Assembly (NCBI RefSeq): GCF_009914755.1
Contig: NC_060935.1
DNA from: the human T2T-CHM13v2.0 reference genome, Homo sapiens
Length of the DNA stretch: 64,000 nucleotides
Strand: one strand, 5' to 3'
Part shown: positions 1-14,576 of the stretch, in pieces
Position numbering within the stretch: the stretch's first letter is position 1
How the letters are laid out: each line of letters begins with the position of its first letter
The notes under the pieces: model-generated
Seen by the model: only the letters and a program-made list of their open reading frames with translations
Database searches by the model: none
Told to the model about the DNA's origin: nothing
Made by a program: the position numbers and the translations under genes

Positions 1-289
1 TTACCTAGTTGTAATTTGAATTTGTGTTGTAGATAAGTGAGTGATTTTAATTTTGAGTGGGAGAATATGTATCAAATTGAAAACAGTAAAAATAAAGAAA
101 ATGCTCTGTGTATAAGAAAGTTTTCTTATTACATTAATTGAAAAAAGTATGGAACAGTGAGAATACTCTGCTACCATTTGTGTTAAAGAGGTGGGACAAA
201 ATAGTATGTTTATACTTGCTTTCATAGCATAAGAAACCTTTGGAAAAAACGTTCTTTTCTTCCTAAAAAATGATGCTTGCACAATGGGA

Positions 290-3100
290 CATTCGTATTC
301 AAAAGAATTAACTGGACAAAGACCCTATGCCTTTTACATAAATTAACTCAAAATAGATTATGTACTTTACTGTAAAATGCAAAACTGTAAAAATCCTAAA
401 AGAAAACATAGGAGAAAATCTACATAACTTTCGGTTCAGTGATGAGCTTTTAGGTACAACATGAATAGTATGATCCATGGAAGAAAAAGTTGTTAAGTTA
501 GATTTTTATTAAACCTTAAGCCTTCTGCTCTACCAGAAAGATTATTAAGAGATTAAAAAAACAAGTTATAGATTGGGAGAAATATTTGAAAAACACACAT
601 TTGAGGAAGGATTTATATCCAACATATATAAGAACAATTGAAACTCAACAATAAGTAAACTCAACAATAAGTAAACAAACCAATTTTTAAAAATAGGCAA
701 AATATCTGAATAGACATCTTACTAAAGAAGATATGTGAATAGGAAATAAGCATATTACAATGCTCAATATCATTTATCATTAGGGAAATGCTAATTAAAA
801 CAATGATATACCATTACACACCAATTAGAATGGGTAAAATCCAAAAAAAAAAAAAAACCCCAACAATACCAATTGCTGGTGGGAATGAATAGCAACAGGA
901 ATCCTTGTTTATTGCTGGTCTGAGTGTAATGTAGTGCGGCCCCTTTGGAAGACAGTTTGGCAGTTTCTTACAAAGCTAAACATAGTCTTATCACAAAATC
1001 AAGGAATTGCACTTCTAGGTATTTACTCAGTTGATTTGAAAATGTATTTTCACAAAAAATCCTGCAAACAGGAAGCAACCAAGTCCTTCAATAAGTAAAT
1101 GGATAAACTGTGGTACATGTATATGATGAAGTATTACTCAGCTATAAAAAAAAACAACGCATGATTAAGCCATGCAAAGACACAGGTGAAACTTTTTTTT
1201 TATGGCTGATCCTATTTGGATGAATCTTTAATGCATGTTACTAAGTGAAAGAACCCAATCTGAAAAGGCTGAATACTGTATCATTCCATTTATATGACAC
1301 TCTGGAAAAAGCCAAAAAAAAGATTAAAAAAAGATAACAAACAGATTAATGATTTCCAGGGCTTTGGGAGTTAGGGGAGAGCTAAATAGGTGAAAAACAG
1401 GAATTTTTTAGGCAGTGGAACTATTGGGTGTAATTCTGTAATGGTGGACACATGACACTATGCATATGTCAAAAGCCACAGAACCTTACAGCACAGAGAG
1501 TAAACCTCAATGTGTACATATTTAAAAAAATCATTTAGGAAGTTAAGAGATCCCAGGATGGAATTCAGAATGTAACAGAATATCTAACTGTATTATAAAT
1601 GTGTGAAATAACCTCAACAACGGGGATTGGGGAAATAGGAGCTGACTTCCGGAACTTTGGAAATTAATGGCGTATGTAGGACTAAAGGCGGAAGGAACTG
1701 TATATAGACACTTCACTTGAGTTGATACAGTTGTTTACCTGAGGGTATTGGTTAATGATATTAAAACCACTATACGTGTATACAGAAAGTGAATAATTAA
1801 TTAAGTAAATTGATGGTAGATCATGGGAGATTACAGATAAGCATGAGACAGAGACTAGAATTATCTATGTGATAACAGATTAGAGTTTAAGACATCAGTA
1901 TGAATTCATGTTTAGCTTACTTTAGATACAAATAGATACATATAGAAATATTTATAGAAATATTTATAGATATGTGTATATATACTGATTGTTATACACA
2001 CACATATATTTCTTTGTTCTGTTGGCTGAGAGAGCTCAGAAGCAGCAATACCTTGTAGCCATGAGCACACATAGTGGCCAAATCTTGATTTCGCATACCA
2101 TTCTCCAGTAGAAGGAACAAGCCTTCCTTGGAGAGATGGTTGATTTTAGGATTGGGTCAGGAAATATATAAGATGAGCCTTGAGCATCTTGTAGTACTAG
2201 AAAGTAAGGAAATGCTCAAAACAAAATAAAACAAAACAAGAAACATGATGGGAGTAAATCAAAGAAACTAGCTGAAAAACGTCCAACAGCTAAAGCTGGA
2301 ACAATTTGAGCAAAAAAATAAACAGTGTTGGATTGTAACCCAAAGTAAAAAATGATAACCCATGAGTCTACACTGATATAATAAGTGTTTGAATAAATAA
2401 ATAAATGAGAATAGATAAATCTCCCATGCAGTAAAATTCTAAGTAATTTATGTAAAATGAATCTTTTCATTTCAATATTCCATCCTCAAGGAGGTGGAAT
2501 ATAACTCCCCACTCCTTAAGTGTGAGCTCCACAGGGTGTCTTCCTTCCAAAGAGGACAGTATAAAACTGGTAGGGGGAAGAGTATTTTTATAACAGAGAA
2601 AACTGACCAACACTTAGCCAGGGAGATGAACCCTGATAGTAACATCAATAGTGATGTCATGTAGTAGAATGCATTCTTAGATACGATACTGTGAGAATTG
2701 CACATTACTTCTATGGCATTCCTCCCCAAAAGTGACAACCCTAGTATAATTATGAGAAAAATTAGACAAATCCCAATTGTCAGATATTTTACCAAATATC
2801 TGGCCAGTACTCCTCAAAACCGTCAAGGTCATAAAAAAACAAGGCAAGTCTGAACTGGCACAGCTATAAGGAGCCTGAGGAGGCATGACAAACAAATGTA
2901 TCGTAGCATCCTAGATAAGAGTGTGGAACCTAAAAAGGGTATTAGGTGAAAACTAAGAAAATCTAAATAAAATATAGACTTGGTTAATAATCTATTAATA
3001 TTGGTTCTTAATAGGGCAGACTGGGTGTGGGCTATGTGGAAACTCTATTTTTGTAATTTTCTGCAAATATAAAACTATTGTAAAAGAGTTTATCATAAAA
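290..3100 (+). mobile_element. Old LINE-1 (L1MC3-like): ORF2 3' end plus long 3' UTR
   Basis: Degenerate ORF2-end motifs (agaaaacataggagaaaatc, ccattacacaccaattagaatgg) followed by L1MC-type 3' UTR blocks (gatcccaggatggaat, ctcaaggaggtggaatataactccccactccttaagtgtg, ccagtactcctcaaaac). Subfamily from recall. Confidence 0.75.
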
Positions 3101-4886
3101 AACTTTGTACAAATACATGGGACGCCAACACTAGTTGCCTATGAGGGTTGTTGGATACTGAGAAGACTGGGTACAGGATGGGAGGGAAATTTTTCACTGA
3201 GTACCTTTATAGATATATCAGTTTATTTCTCAACAATAGAAATAAAAAAATTTAGAAAACTGAAGATTATATTTCTTGTTTGGGAACAATAATATTTCTT
3301 CTTTAAGCATTTTAGATAAAATTTAGAAACAAGTATAGAAAGTGCTACATATGTTTTGGTCATTAGTACAATTACCATTACCACTACAACTACAAACACC
3401 ACTATATATTTAGTGCCTATTTCCTAAATCTTGCTATTCATAAACATCTTAATTTTGAGTTCCTGGAGATCCAAAGTTATACCTTAGTCTTAAGATGCAG
3501 TTGTGCAATTCCAAGCTTAGTGCCTTCGGCTTGGTTGCTTAATAAATGTTTTTATTTGACTTTATTTGCAGGCCTTGACAATCAAAACCAAATGATTCCT
3601 CTCCCCTTGTCCTGCTAAATTAGCTTATTTTTTTTTAAAGTGTATTCTGCCACTAATTTTATTTTTCTATCTTAACTTGCCTGAAGTTTCATGTATTTTT
3701 CCTGGTTCTCTAGGGAATTTAGAAGCCAGCCTTTACTTTGTTAAATACAGCATGGCTAATACCATGTGGATTTTTAAAGAGTGTAATAGAACAGTTTTGA
3801 ATGGGCATAAAGAGCCTGAATTTTACATTTCATTTAACAGTGAGTGTTTTATTTTCAATAACAAAGGCAGTTTGTAATTGCTGTCACGATTAATCTCTTG
3901 CTATATGTTTGCTAAGAGGATTGAGTACAGAACTAATATGTAACTTTACAACTACAAGTAAAAATCACCAGGTCTAGTCTAAACAAGAGAAAGGGAGAGA
4001 CAGAAAAGCACTTCTTTCTAAGAAAAGGCAGAATGCGTATGCTTTCAGCAGCATCACACCTTTGTAAGGCAGTTAATTTTCATGTATATAGAAAGATGAA
4101 GGGAAATCATAATCAGTGTTGGATACTAGGCAGTTTGTAAGGCAATTTACAAACGTATGTCATTTTATTCTCAAAAGAAATCTGTGAAGTAGATGTTTAT
4201 TTTCAACTAGATGAAGAAAAGAAGGCTTAGGGAAATGCTGTGTCCTGCCCACATTCACACATGGATTGAATGGCAGAGGGGAGGGATTGATCACAAGATA
4301 TCTGGGTTCTGAAGCCTCTTTACATCTGGCATATTTTTTTCTGGTATATATTCTGTTTCCATATTGCTCTGAATAAAGGAAACAGAAGTTGAGAGTACCA
4401 GAAGTTTGTCTGGGAAAATCAGGACTTTAGTTTAGTCAAATAGCTCTGTAGCCTTAAAGGGCACATGGACCTGGAACCCAAAGATATCTGATTTGTGAAA
4501 GAACCACCAACGGGGCCACTTCCATTTGTGTAAACAAGAGGCTTGAGGCCAAAATGTTTGGGTTTGATACAAGAAAAATAATAGATTAATGAGAAAGGTA
4601 TCAAAGTAGTCCTAAGGTATTTATTTCTTTAAGTAGCTTCTGAAAACCATGTATTTTAAAACATATAATGGTTTATTTATATTAAATTACATTTTTGGTA
4701 GAATTCCATTTTTATAAGTTAAAAGAAAATGTATAGTTATATATCTGTGGTGCTATTTATAAGCAGAAAATCAACATTTTGAGATTTGGTTATCTGGCCA
4801 ATGACCCAGGCATTTAGTAGAAACATACTTAAGTTATAGTTTTTATTTTTAAAGGTATAATAAAAATCTGTATACCTGAAGTTAGA

Positions 4887-5420
4887 GTGTTCCAGTTTCT
4901 ATTGATGTATAAAAAAAACTACCCCAAAACTTTTGCTCACAGTTTCTGTGGATCAGGAATTTGGACAGAGCCCAGAAAAGATGGCTTATCTCTATTCTAC
5001 CACTTTTGTGGCTTCAGTGAGAAGAGTGGACAGCTGGGCAGGCCAGCTGGAGGTGTTTTCACTCATAAAGCTGGTGTTTATAATGGCTGTTGGCTGGGAT
5101 CCCAGTTGGGGTTGTCAACTAAAGCACCTACATGCCACCTCCCCAGTACGGTCTGGACTTCCTCACAGCAAGGTGGCCTCAGGGTAGTTGGACTTCTTAC
5201 AAGGTGACTTAGGGATTAAAGCACAAGTGTTCTGGTAAACAAGACAGAAACTGCATTTTTACATTTATGGAATTCACCAAGCATTACTTTTGCCCTTAAA
5301 GTACTTACAAGTTCATCCAGGTTCAAGGGGAGGAGACACAGTTCCCACCTTTCAAGGTAAGGAATGTGAAATTCGCATTGTAGAAGAGTATGCCAGATGG
5401 GAGATATTGTGTCTCAAAAT
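4887..5420 (-). mobile_element. MLT1-family (MaLR) solo LTR remnant
   Basis: actaccccaaaac...tttgctcacagtttctgtggatcaggaatttgg...ggacttcttacaaggtg resembles a reverse-strand MLT1 LTR. Confidence 0.55.
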
Positions 5421-6630
5421 ACAGTTTTCCCAACAGAATATTAAGCCATGTAATTCAGGTTATCTGTGATACACAGGACAGGAGATGACAGTGTTCATGC
5501 CTGCTGCCATTTCTTTTTACTTATAGACTAGCAATAACTTGTGCCCATTGTTACTTTTCAGCACTTTTTCTTTTTGCCTTTCTTCGGTTTCATGTTTCTG
5601 TACCTCTCTTTACTGACTCAAGGTAGACTAGTAATCTCTAAATTTCACTGGTTATTATCAGTAAAAGTTTATTTTTGTTTACTTCCCAGTTCAATGTTAA
5701 TCTGCGTGAGGAAAGGTATCTCTGCTCCATGAAGTCATTTATAGACCCAGACTTTTTCCACCATATGGTGCCACCACCCAATAAGGCCTCAGAATTCTCC
5801 ACTGGACGTCTGCTACTTGTGTGGATAAGGCACATCCTCTCTTAACTGTTTTGGCCTGGACATAATACACAGCACCTCTGCTCATGTTTTTTTTTTTTTT
5901 TTTTGGTGACAGCTACTCATGTGGTCCCTCCTAGATTCAAGGGAACTGGGGAATATATTTTAGTATGTGCCCAGTGCCCAGGGAGAAGGCGGGGTATAGA
6001 TATTGGCTACATCTGCTACACTTACCTCTCCTTCCTCTCTCCTCCAGGCTGATAAGGAGTCAGGAGCCTGAATGCTGACATAATATCAGGAATAGAATGA
6101 AACGAATTGACCAATCAGATGCAAATTAGCATAAGAATTCTAGGAATTTAGACCTGAGCTGGACTTTAAAAATTATTTAGTTCAATAGTTTAAAACTATT
6201 TTTGGAGGTGGATCTCTTTTAGCCAGAGGAAATCTTACAGGAAACTCCAATTTATGTAATAGATGGCAGTGAAGTTGCTCTGGTTAAAAAAGGTTATAGG
6301 CCTCATCTTTTCCCTCTGCCATACACTCTAAGAGCCTTTTGAGGAATCCTAGGGCTTTGCGGATCAGATATAATTAGTTTATTTAAGACACATTAAAAAA
6401 CTGAGACACAGAGGGGCAGGGACATGATGTGCCAAAAATTACATGGTTTGTCTGGCAGGTTTAAGATTGCAACTCAAGCTTCAGTAGTCCCACTACTATT
6501 TACTTAAAAGCTGTGGTACTGCCTCTTTTTCAGGACACATAGCCATTGAGACCCCTGGTCTAAGGTGGGGCACGGTATACCTGCCTTGTGTTGTTGGCTT
6601 AATCTCTTTATTAGCCAAACAGTGGACTTA

Positions 6631-6953
<323 letters not shown>

Positions 6954-7159
6954 GAGCTTCAGCATGAACAACTGTAGCATTTCTTTCCAGAGTGATGAGA
7001 TTAGCATAAAGAATGAGGGCTGGCACCTGGGTCTGCAGTAGTCTGACTTGGCAGCATACCTAGACTGAGGGCATCATGAGAACCATGAATGGAGGCTGCC
7101 TGAGTTCACTTGAACTGTTTTGTCCTCTGACTCTGATGTGATCATGCCACTGTACCTAG

Positions 7160-7380
7160 TGAGCCTGGAACTAGACTGCTTTTGTTTAAATCCTGAATCT
7201 GTTCTTATCTACCCATACAAAGTTGGGCAAGTTATTTAATCTTTCTGTACTTTGGTTTCATCTTTTATAAAATAGGGATGATAATAGTTGGTAATTTTTA
7301 AGGTTGTTACGAGGATTACATGAGTAAATATTTGCAGACTAGTGCCTGGCCCATAGTCACTACTATAGAAATATTTGTTA
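7160..7380 (+). mobile_element. MIR SINE
   Basis: MIR core ttgggcaagttatttaatctttctgt...tataaaatagggatgataatagt. Confidence 0.65.
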
Positions 7381-8126
7381 AAACAAGTAAAATATCTTAC
7401 AGGTTTGTGGTAGGAATTATTTTGATATGAAATATACAGACCTAAAGGCAGTTCTCCTAGTAATGATTAGTACTCACTAAGTATTAGCTATTATTACATA
7501 AATAATGTTAGCTATATTGTTTTTGTTATCATAGTTATTATTATTGCCCATAAAAATAGAGTTACCCTTTATTGAGGTCTTACAAAATTGTAGGCACTAT
7601 GCTGGGAAACTTATTTTTTTCATCATCTTTAGGATTTTCCAGGATTTGTGGAAATGATCTACCCAGGTACTCTCTCTCTATATGTGGTGGCTTATTCCTT
7701 TTATAGAAAGTAGCTGGACACCTGCCTGGGTTTCTCTCTATCTGGAGAGTCCTGCTAGGGGTACACGCTGGGAAAGGGTATCTTCTTGTTTCCCAAATCC
7801 ATTTTGCTTTGACCTCCCCACCCAGACTCCTAGGAAGCAATGGTTTGTTCAGGGCCACAGAAAAATCATTGTTGGAATGTAAGCAGGTACTGCACTAACT
7901 CTGGAGCTCTTTGGGTGTGATATATTTCTCTGAATAGCTAGTATATATCCTTGTAGAATAACTGGAAAAGAGACCTTTTCTAAGAAATGTTTTACCTTTA
8001 CTTGTGATTTAGTGCTGGATGCTATCTAAAATTAACTTTTACTGTTTTCACTCTTGTACACAGAAGCCACATAATTCATCCAGCAATAATCACTTTAACA
8101 TTTTGAATATATCTAGCCCTTCTGTT

Positions 8127-8250
8127 CTATATATAAAATATAATATATTTTATATATTATATAAATATAAAATTTTATATAAATATATGAATATAAAATT
8201 TTATTATAAATATATAAATATAAAATTATATTATATATTTTAATATTATG
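8127..8250. repeat. AT-rich low-complexity (TA/TATAAA) tract
   Basis: About 120 nt of almost only A/T with repeated tataaatataaaattt units. Confidence 0.85.
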
Positions 8251-8559
8251 TATGTAATCTCAAAATAGGATACTTTGGTATCAATTTTGGGGAAAATGAT
8301 AAAAATTTTAATAAAAATAACTTGATTGATCTTTATCTACCTATATTTTTAGAATTATTGTTCCTGAATTTATTTCCAGATCTACTAAGGAATTCAGATA
8401 GTCTCATGAAAATCGACTTCAGTTCATGATAATACTGATTGTACCTGATACCCAAGGGTGGACCTTTGAGGAATTATGCATGTTGATTCTGGGTAGGGTC
8501 TACCTTGCACTTAAGCAAAGGCCTGGGCTTACAGAATTCAGCTAAGTAAATACAGGTTG

Positions 8560-8930
8560 GAAAAGATTTGCCTTCATAACATTTTGTGTTCAAGGTCTTG
8601 GGGTGTTAGTTGATGGGAAAGTCAGTGTAGGCGTAGTTGTGCACAGCTCAGAGCAAAGCAGGTGATAGTGTCACTGTACTTTGCATTAGACCACATCTGT
8701 ACAAGTGCCTTTATTCCTGGATGCTGTATTTAAGTGGAAAATTGATTCATTTGACCATGCCTAGCGCATGGTGACCAACATGGGGAAGGCTGCAAAGAGG
8801 AAGAAGGCAGAATCCTTGTCCAGGAGGGGCTCATAGTTTAGATGGAGATGGGAGTATAAAGGAAGGAGCCAGGGAAGCTTGGCTTGAAACAGAAGAGGGA
8901 ATATCACTGCTGTTTTCCGATATTTGCAGG
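8560..8930 (+). mobile_element. L3/CR1 LINE fragment
   Basis: cactgtactttgcattagaccacatctg...ggtgaccaacatggggaagg resembles the CR1/L3 ORF2 3' region. Confidence 0.5.
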
Positions 8931-9286
8931 ATGAGCAGACTTTTCTGGGAGCGAAGGCAGTTTGTTGGAACAACACACTTGGCTGAGGTCCAAGGCTAAG
9001 GGCTTGCAAAATCTTTTGCTTACAAAATCTGGCTTATAATTTTATCATTTATACAGCTGCCCTCCCCAGAGACTCTTGAAAAGACCCCAATACACCTGAG
9101 TCCTGAAGAATGAGGACTGGTGAGGGGTAGATTGCTCACTAGATCAGCCTACTGTCACTTCCAGTGTCCTCCTTCTACCTGGCAGCGCCACGTGGCTCCT
9201 ATTCACTTGCTCGTAGCGTCAGACTTCTGCTCCCTTCATCAAGACCAGCTGGCCAGGAAGTAAGGCAACACCTGGCATACTACTAT

Positions 9287-9447
9287 AGTGCTTCTTAAAC
9301 ACAGATGTAAACATAGAACATGAATCATCTGGGAGTTTTGTTGGAATACAGATTCTGCTGCAGTAGACCTTGGGGTTATCCCAATAATCTGAATTTCCAC
9401 AGGTGATGCTGCTATTGGTGTTCTACAGACCACCCTGAGTCACAAGG
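9287..9447. mobile_element. MER5-like hAT-Charlie DNA transposon fossil
   Basis: agtgcttcttaaac...gaatcatctgggag...cagattctg...caggtgatgct...gaccaccctgag. Confidence 0.6.
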
Positions 9448-12149
9448 TTCTACTAGAAAACATGAGTCTTCCCTCCAGGCTACAGCCAAATCCCATCAGG
9501 CCAAATGACTTTCTGCTCAGAGTTGCCTCACATCTTTATTTGTAGAGCATTACTGCCTGGAAATATTGCCTTATTTTCCTCCTAGCCCTCATGAAAGAAT
9601 TTTATCCAGATGTCACTTAGCCATCCAGTGTTTTTATTATTGCTAAGGCTGCTTCAGCAGTTATCTGACATGTGTTTTCAAAAATATATCATCTTGATTT
9701 TCATCCAAGTTGCATGAGATGCAGCACTTTTTGAATATGTGCAGGATGTGGCCAGAAACTTTAGTCTAAGATAAAAGTATCATTTGCCTGACATTAGGAC
9801 AGACTTCTTTTCTCCTAGCTATATATTTGTGATTACCCCAATGTAATCACTGACTCCAGTGCTTTATAAAGTGATCTTTAAGAGATCTGTTTATAATACA
9901 TTGAACACTTGCTCAATGAGGCCACAACCCCAAGAATAATGATGAAATCTGGTTAAATGTATTTGCCTCCCTCTTTAATGATTCCAGCAGGTGACTTCTG
10001 TGAGTATTTCTAATTGTCATTGATTGAAGCCCTTTCAAGGTCATGTCCCTTCCCCAAGTAATTGCTTATTGGTCAAAGTAAAGTAATTGAGAGATTTCTC
10101 ATGATGTGTGAATCCTGGTAGGATCTCAAATATAAGCTCGTGGTGCATTTCTATACAGGTGCTAAATGGTCTTGGGCAAGATACTTAATATCTTTGATCA
10201 TCTATAAAATAGGGATAATGAAATCTACCTTAAAGAAATTAAAAAGATGATGTCTATGAAAGCACTTGCCATATTCCTGGCACATGACAATCATTCATTA
10301 AATGACTTTTCTTGCCTCCTCATTTGTTCCTTTTAGGCCATTTTTCACCCTTTTTTTGGGGGGGCCGTGGGGAGGGACATATTTTACTTCCTTCTTCACT
10401 AGTTCACAAAGCACCTTCAGACATGGGATATATATTTTAAACCCCTTTTTAGTTTTTCATTATGTGTTCAGTAAAGACATATTGAATGAATTAATGAATG
10501 GCCAATAGTCTGTAACATCTTCTTGACCTCTAAGTTCTCCGATTGTTTGATTCTTCAGTGTTCTAACAACTTAGAAGAAACTGGAGAATTCCCTTAAAAT
10601 AAATGTCTTCTTTGTTAAAGCATTTCCTTTTGTGCAGTCTTATAAAGTATGTATTACATAAATTATTACTAATAAGTATGAACCTGGGCCTAGAAGCTGG
10701 CTGCTATGGTATAAATAACCTCTTTTAGTTTATGACCTTGGGCATGATTCTTTGTACTGGTGCAAATGAGGTGGGTCAGAGGCTGGTCTTGACTCTCTGC
10801 TTGCCCTTCACTGTTTACTTTGGAAAGATCTGTGAAAGATGAGCAAGAAATATGTATTTGTTCTTTGGCATGACTTTTGGGATTCAGGCACAATAGACGC
10901 TGAGTTTCCTGATATATTCATTTCATTCCTCATAGAAGATGCATTTTGTCTTTTAGATTAAATACCCTTTGGCTTGTGGGGTTAGCCAGCTCAGTGGATT
11001 AGAATAGAAGCAGCAGGCCCTTCCAAATCTAGGGGTTAAGCCTAGTTACCTGTCTAGGCTAATCGCTCTGGAGTTGACCATATGAATGAGTTGTTGGAGT
11101 TAGTGCCTGGTGAGGCTATCCTCACCACTTTGTCATCATGCCTCTGGGATGGGCAACAAACTGGCAGAAAGTGCATACACTGTCAAATTTAGATCTAAGT
11201 TTAAGTCTGGTTTGGGTATGTTTAATCCTTAATCTCAGTTTTTAAGTTTTTTAAAAAAGATAATACCAGTCTCAGGTTTTTTGAGTGATAAATTAGTATA
11301 TGTGAAATACCTAGTGCAAGCCCTGGCAGTGAGATCAGGCCCAACGTTGATGACAATGACACATTTCAGAAGAGAGGCATAGGAAACAAAATAGTTTTGG
11401 CACCTGTGAAAGTACTAGCCCTGTTGTGTGCCTGAGGAGTGTCCCAAAGTTGCTTGTAGCATTTTATGACTGAAGTGCAGACCACAGTGGTAAGGCTAAG
11501 AATTTCTTATGGGTTTGAAAAACAGGATCATAATCCTGGAAAAGAAAAAACTTAATTGCATATTTCATTCTCTGATAATTTGAAATACTAATTCCTATGT
11601 GACTAGCTTCAACCTTTTCTCCCCTACTCATTATCTAGGAATTGTTATTCAATTATATCTTTTTGTCTACAGAGAAGAAAAAAGACTAATCTTTTCATTC
11701 TGACAATGTATTTCAATCCCTGATGTCCAACATGACTTCCATTTCCCTTTAATTCTTGAAAAGGTAAAGATAATAGTTCTGAAAATAACCATCAATAGAT
11801 CCATTCCACATGAATGGCCTGTTTTAGACATTCATGGAATGAGGGTTCTGATTTGTACTTTGAAGTATTTAAGAAACACTGCACTGAGTTTTGCTAATTA
11901 GCTGTGGCTTGTTACCTCATGGTGGACCAATTGATCTCTGTTTCAGAGGCTCAAGATGTTGCCACGAGGGTTCTCAGACAATAGATTCATTGGGTGTCCT
12001 ACAGTGAATTGACTTGAGGTCTTGGCTCTTTGTGCCATGTTTAGCTAATTTTAGATTGTGAGAGACCTGGTAGTAAGGGGTTGAGGGATTGATGATGGCT
12101 GTGATATCCAGAACTAAAATAAAACAAATGTTTGTTCCTTTACATACAG

Positions 12150-12320
12150 CTATTTTGAACTGGAGAGCAGTGGCCTGAGGGATGAGATTCGGTATCACTA
12201 CATACACAATGGGAAGCCAAGGACAGAGGCACTTCCTTACCGCATGGCAGATGGACAATGGCACAAGGTTGCACTGTCAGTTAGCGCCTCTCATCTCCTG
12301 CTCCATGTCGACTGTAACAG
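12150..12320 (+). CDS. NELL1: NELL1 internal coding exon (probably exon 4; TSPN/LamG domain), 171 nt, phase 2-2
   Basis: Acceptor tttgttcctttacatacAG, donor AG|GTATTT. Translates (S)YFELESSGLRDEIRYHYIHNGKPRTEALPYRMADGQWHKVALSVSASHLLLHVDCN(R), recognised as NELL1, and joins the 49993 exon in frame. Confidence 0.97.
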
Positions 12321-14374
12321 GTATTTCTTTGTCTTTGAGTGTTGCTGATTCTGCCCTTGAAATCAAGCAATGGAAAAGGGGAAAAAATATCAAATTCCTT
12401 CAAGACTTGCCAGGAAACAAACACCAAGGGACCCTAATTGTAATTTAACCTACCAAATGGGACCTTAGGCATGCTGAAATGACCAACTGTAATATGATAA
12501 GAAAACAGTTCATTAAGATGAAACTGTATCCCGTGATTAGGAGCAAATGTACAAAAGGTTGATTGCAGATTGGGAAATAGTAAGTGCACCTCAGTGTGCT
12601 CCAGGCACTGGCTGGAATTCCATGGAGCTGTGATCACAGTTAACGGTGATGTATTGTTGTTGAGTTCGTTCCACTGGGAAGCGAATAAGCTTGTCTACCC
12701 TGGAATGAATCTGAGAAGCCTGTGCCACTGAAGCAGCTAATTCTATTTCACTTCATCAAGCTCACCTTTGCTTAAATATCTTTTCCAAATGGAGGCTTCT
12801 TAAAGAGGCTGTTCTCTGAGCCTTTTGGAATTGATGCCAGGTATTTTCTCCAGAGGAATGAGCCTTCCAGCTTGTCAGGGGATGGTGGGACCAGGGGGTT
12901 TCACAGGAGGTTTTGGGTTGGGGTGGGATGGAAATGTTGTCTCCCTTGTCTGTCACTGGAGCCAGGTTTAATGAAAATTGAAGAATGAGGGAGTCCATTG
13001 GTTTCTATTGGATCATTTATGGCTGGACAGCTGGATAATGGTGTTCAAGGGGAAAGTTTTTATCTCTCCATAACCCACTGAAGATCCTTATGGATAGTGA
13101 CCCGAGTCCAATTACAGAGTTTTTTTTTGCATTCTGAGCAGTGCCCATGCATTGTTGATTCTCATTAATGATGCCATCAAAGTTAAAATGACTTTTCAGC
13201 CACACAAGGCTTGCTCCCTTGAACCCAGGATAAAGAACAGGCATATTGGGGATAGCCTCCCTTCCAAAAACCATCAAGAGGAGAGATATTCCAAGGTCAG
13301 TCAGCTTCAGACCGCATTTCTCATGAGGAGATGCTTGAATATGCCTGCCACTCTAGCTCTGCAGTCTCTTTTAGAAGAGTTGGAAGGGCAGGGAACTGTT
13401 GTCAGGCTCAAGGGAAGGTTTGCCATCTTGAGGTGAGTCTTGGTCCATTTTGATATGACCTATTTAAGGTGCTTTTTAGACTTCTGAAGAATTGTGGTTT
13501 CCACCAGATATAATAAATATGTCTGGACAGAGTTTCCATAGAAACCACTAGCTCCTTTGTACACTGCAGACTGGGGCTGGGCAGCCTGGATAAAGCCAAT
13601 GCTTAGCTGCTATATCCATTTTCACTTTCAAGAGCTCATTGCCCCCTTCAATTCTCTAGAATTAAAGTGGCCTGTCAGGCAACACTCCTATGACCCACTG
13701 TGACCTACCACCCACATGCTGTCCAAATGGGATTGCAGAGGAAGAGCCCTGCTTGTTCTTCTAAGCCACAGGACAGAAAGAGGCCACAAAACCCTAGTTT
13801 CGTAATTTCCAACTTAAGAGTCCTGGAGATACTGCTGTTTTCTTGCTATGCAGTTTTTTGTTTCTTCCTTCTAAGAGTTTTACTCTGTTTCCTGACATTC
13901 TTCTCTCTGGAGCAGTTCTTAGGTGGTGCTTGGCCTTTAGTGCTCAGTCTACATTTGTGGTGGTTGTTGTTATTTACTCTGCATATCAATGGCAGCTCTT
14001 TGACCCTGCCTTCAAACTTTCATACTCTGTATGTCCTTCATGGAAACCATGACCTCTCTACCAGGAGAGTGAGAAGAGGATAGGAGATCTGTAGTTCACA
14101 GTATTCTTTAGAGTCATTGCCATTTATAAAGAATTGACTGAGGGTATTCCAAATATTCCTTCTGTTTTCTTAATATTTTTCATACTTTGGCTTGTGGCAT
14201 AACATGTCCTTTATGTAAGATCTTGGAGGGAAAACTTATGAAGTTGCTGCTAGTTAATGATTCATAGACTCTAAACACAAATACATTTTTCAGGTAGGTC
14301 AGGAGAAAAAATGGACCCAAAGACTGGTCATAAGAAAAGTAAATTTTGATTTTCATGTAGGAAAAGGCTAGAAA

Positions 14375-14576
14375 CATGGTTCCAAAATCTGACTATACCT
14401 AAGAATTACCTGGGGAACATATTAAAAAAATGGATAACCAGGCTTTGCCTCTGACCTACTGGATTAGATTCCCCGAGGGCGGAACCTGAGAAGCAATATT
14501 TTTAACAAGCCCTCCATATAGGTTCCATGCGGGCAGTCTACCCTTGGTGAATGGACTGGCATTTCCAAACCACTGG
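14375..14576. mobile_element. MER5-like DNA transposon fossil
   Basis: atggttccaaaatctg...agaattacctgggga...atttttaacaagccctcc...aaaccactgg. Confidence 0.6.

Noticed and set aside
8127-8250. AT-rich quasi-palindromic tract
   Set aside because: Ordinary low-complexity TA expansion; any self-complementarity follows from base composition.
9187-9196. Palindromic E-box GCCACGTGGC
   Set aside because: A single short motif with no supporting context; expected by chance.
12182-12448. 88-aa ORF overlapping the first NELL1 exon
   Set aside because: Wrong reading frame; the spliced frame is the NELL1 one.
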